A stretch of 64,000 bases of DNA from Eledone cirrhosa (lineage: Eukaryota), in contig OZ024744.1 of assembly GCA_964016885.1 (NCBI GenBank), forward strand, positions 130,572,001-130,636,000. Direction: 5' to 3'. Shown piece by piece: positions 61,501 to 64,000 of this stretch; position 1 is the first letter of the stretch; every line of letters begins with the position of its first letter. Position numbers and translations under genes: made by a program. Under the pieces are notes generated by a model that did no database searches, was not told where the DNA came from, and worked only from the letters and a program-made list of their open reading frames with translations.

Positions 61501-64000
61501 TTAAGTTGGGGATAAGTTAAGTTGGGGTTAAGTTAAGTTGGGGTTAAGTTAAGTTGGGGTTAAGTTAAGTTGGGGCTAAGTTATGTTGGGGCTGAGTTAA
61601 GTTGGGGTTAAGTTAAGTTGGGGTTAAGTTAAGTTGGGGTTAATTTAAGTTGGGGTTTATTTAAGTTGGGGTTAAGTTAAGTTGGGGTTCAGTTAAGTTG
61701 GGGTTAAGTTAAGTTGGGGTTAAGATGGGGTTAAATTAAGTTGGGGTTAAGTTAAGTTGGGGTTAAGTTAAGTTGGGGTTAAGTTAAGTCGGGGTTAAGT
61801 TAAGTCGGGGTTAAGTTAAGTTAGGGGTAAGTTAAGTTGGGGGCAAGTTAAGTTGGGGTTAATTTAAGTTGGGGTTAAATTAAGTTGGGGTTAAGTTAAG
61901 TTGGTGTTAAGTTAAGTTGGGGTTAATTTAAGTTGGGGTTAATTAAGTTGGGGTTAAGTTAAGTTGGGGTTAAGTTAAGTTGGGGTTAATTTAAGTTGGG
62001 GTTGAGTTAAGTTGGGGTTAAGTTAAGTTGGGGTTATATTAAGTTGGGGTTAAGTTAAGTTGGGGTTCAGTTAAGTTGGGGTTAAGTTAAGTTGGGGTTA
62101 AGTTAAGTTGAGGTTAACTTAAGTTGGGGTTAAGTTAAGTTGGTGTTAAGTTAAGTTGGGGCTAAGTTAAGTTGGGGCTGAGTTAAGTTGGGGCTGAGTT
62201 AAGTTGGGGCTAAGTTAAGTTGGGGTTGAGTTAAGTTGGGGTTAAGTTGGGGTTAAGTTAAGTTAGGTTTAAGTTAAGTTGGGGTTAAGTTAAGTTGGGG
62301 TTAAGTTAAGTTGGGGTTAAGTTAAGTTGGTGTTAAGTTAAGTTGGGGTTAAGTTAAGTTGGGGTTAAGTTAATTTGTGGTTAAGTTAAGTTGTGGTTAA
62401 GTTAAGTTGGGGTTAAGTTAAGTTGGGGTTAAGTTAAGTCGGGGTTAAGTTAAGTTGGGGTTAAGTTAAGTTGGGGTTAATTTAAGTTGGGGTTAAGTTA
62501 AGTTGGGGTTAAGTTAAGTTGGGGTTAAGTTAAGTCGGGGTTAAGTTAAGTTGGGGTTAAGTTAAGTTGGGGTTAAGTTAAGTTGGTTAGTTAAGTTGAG
62601 TTTAAGTTAAGTTGGGGTTAATTTAAGTTGGGGTTAAGTTAAGCTGGGGTTAAGTTAAGTTGGGGTTAAGTTAAGTTGGGGTTAATTTAAGTTGGGGTTA
62701 AGTTAAGTTGCGGGTAATTTAAGTTGGGGTTAAGTTAAGTTGGGGTTAAGTTAAGTTGGGGTTAAGTTAAGTTGGGGTTAAGTTAATTTGGGGTTAAGTT
62801 AAGTTGGGGCTAATTCAAGTTGGGGCTGAGTTAAGTTGGGGTTAAGTTAAGCTGGGGTTAAGTTAAGTTGGGGTTAAGTTAAGTTGGGGTTAAGTTAAGT
62901 TGGGGTTTATTTAAGTTGGGGTTAAGTTAAGTTGGGGTTCAGTTAAGTTGGGGTTCAGTTAAGTTGGGGTTAAGTTAAGTTGGGGTTAAGATGGGGTTAA
63001 ATTACGTTGGAGTTAAGTTAAGTTGGGGTTAAGTTAAGTTGGGGTTAAGTTAAGTTGGGGTTAAGTTAAGTCGGGGTTAATTTAAGTCGGGGTTAAGTTA
63101 AGTTAGGGTTCAGTTAAGTTGGGGTTAAGTTAAGTTGGGGTTGAGTTAAGTTGGGGTTGAGTTAAATTGGGGTTGAGTTAAGTTGGGGTTGAGTTAAGTT
63201 GGTGTTGAGTTAAGTTGGGGTTAAGTTAAATTGGGGTTAAGTTAAGTTGCAGTTAAGTTAAGTTGAGGTTAAGTTAAGGTGCGGGTAAGTTAAGTTGGGC
63301 TTAAGTTAAGTTGGGGCTAAGTTAAGTTGGGGCTCAGTTAAGTTGGGGCTAAGTTAAGTTGGGGTTAAGTTAAGTTGGGGTTAAGTTAAGTCGGGGTTAA
63401 GTTAAGTTGGGGTTAAGTTAAGTTGGGGTTAATTTAAGTTGGGGTTAAGTTAAGTTGGGGTTAAGTTAAGTTGGGGTTAAGTTAAGTTGGGTTTAAGTTA
63501 AGTTGGGGTTAAGTTAAGTTGGGGTTGAGTTAAGTTGGGGCTGAGTTAATTTGGGGTTAAGTTAAGTTGGGGTTAAGTTAAGTTGGGTTTAAGTTAAGTT
63601 GGGGTTAAATTAAGTTGGGGTTAAATTAAGTTGGGGTTAAGTTAAGTTGGGGTAAGTTAAGTTGGGGGCAAGTTAAGTTGGGGTTAAGATGGGGTTAAAT
63701 TAAGTTGGGGTTAAGTTAAGTTGGGGTTAAGTTAAGTTGGGGTTAAGTTAAGTCGGGGTTAAGTTAAGTCGGGGTTAAGTTAAGTTAGGGGTAAGTTAAG
63801 TTGGGGGCAAGTTAAGTTGGGGTTAATTTAAGTTGGGGTTAAATTAAGTTGGGGTTAAGTTAAGTTGGTGTTAAGTTAAGTTGGGGTTAATTTAAGTTGG
63901 GGTTAATTAAGTTGGGGTTAAGTTAAGTTGGGGTTAAGTTAAGTTGGGGTTAATTTAAGTTGGGGTTGAGTTAAGTTGGGGTTAAGTTAAGTTGGGGTTA

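Larger units (their letters stand above)
1..64000 (+). repeat. Satellite DNA array, 16-bp monomer GGGGTTAAGTTAAGTT (~4,000 copies), extending beyond both window edges
   Basis: The monomer is read directly throughout the window. Consensus composition is G6 T6 A4 C0 on the + strand. Recurrent substitution variants include GGGGCT, TTGAG, TTAAT, TTAAA, TTCAG, GTCGGGG, GTGG, GAGG and GGTG. Length variants include 11-bp GGGGTTAAGTT and GGGGTTAAGAT, 15-bp GGGGTTAATTAAGTT and 13-bp GGTTAGTTAAGTT. Confidence 0.99.

Noticed and set aside
1-64000. Protein-coding ORFs on either strand (e.g. a repetitive protein)
   Set aside because: Each monomer has two TTAA, giving TAA on both strands, and the 16-bp period rotates them through all frames within 48 bp. 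ATG is rare. No long ORF is possible.
1-64000. CRISPR array or other repeat-spacer system
   Set aside because: There are no unique spacers. The DNA between GGGG tracts is the same 12-mer with point variants, and no cas or other gene is present.
1-64000. Directly telomerase-synthesised terminal tract
   Set aside because: Kilobase-scale ordered variant strings, multi-kb duplications and inversions cannot be templated by a short telomerase RNA. A telomere-derived or recombination-maintained origin remains open.
1-64000. Variant order as an information-bearing code
   Set aside because: The recurring variant strings are adequately explained by nested duplications, and nothing in the window indicates a reader or a template function.

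Overview
The whole 64-kb window is one uninterrupted satellite array of a 16-bp monomer, consensus GGGGTTAAGTTAAGTT (equivalently TTGGGG-TTAAG-TTAAG), about 4,000 copies, G-rich and nearly C-free on the + strand. I found no protein-coding gene, RNA gene, transposon, CRISPR array or unique sequence. The monomer carries two TAA triplets on each strand and its length is not a multiple of 3, so all six frames are closed. The structure lies in the variants. (i) Seven copies of the same 175-bp inverted (C-rich) segment occur, all within the first 34.1 kb. Each begins at a spacer-less GGGGTT|AACCCC fold-back junction that makes a 54-bp perfect palindrome. (ii) Ordered strings of variant monomers define nested higher-order duplications of about 0.75, 1.3, 2.67, 3.3-3.5, 5.9, 8.3 and 13.5-13.9 kb. 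(iii) Diagnostic variants turn over from left to right. It looks like eukaryotic heterochromatic, centromeric or (sub)telomeric satellite with a telomere-like monomer, maintained by recombination rather than by direct telomerase addition. The organism and chromosomal position cannot be determined from the sequence. Marker coordinates were counted by eye, and duplication boundaries are approximate because they fall in consensus monomers.
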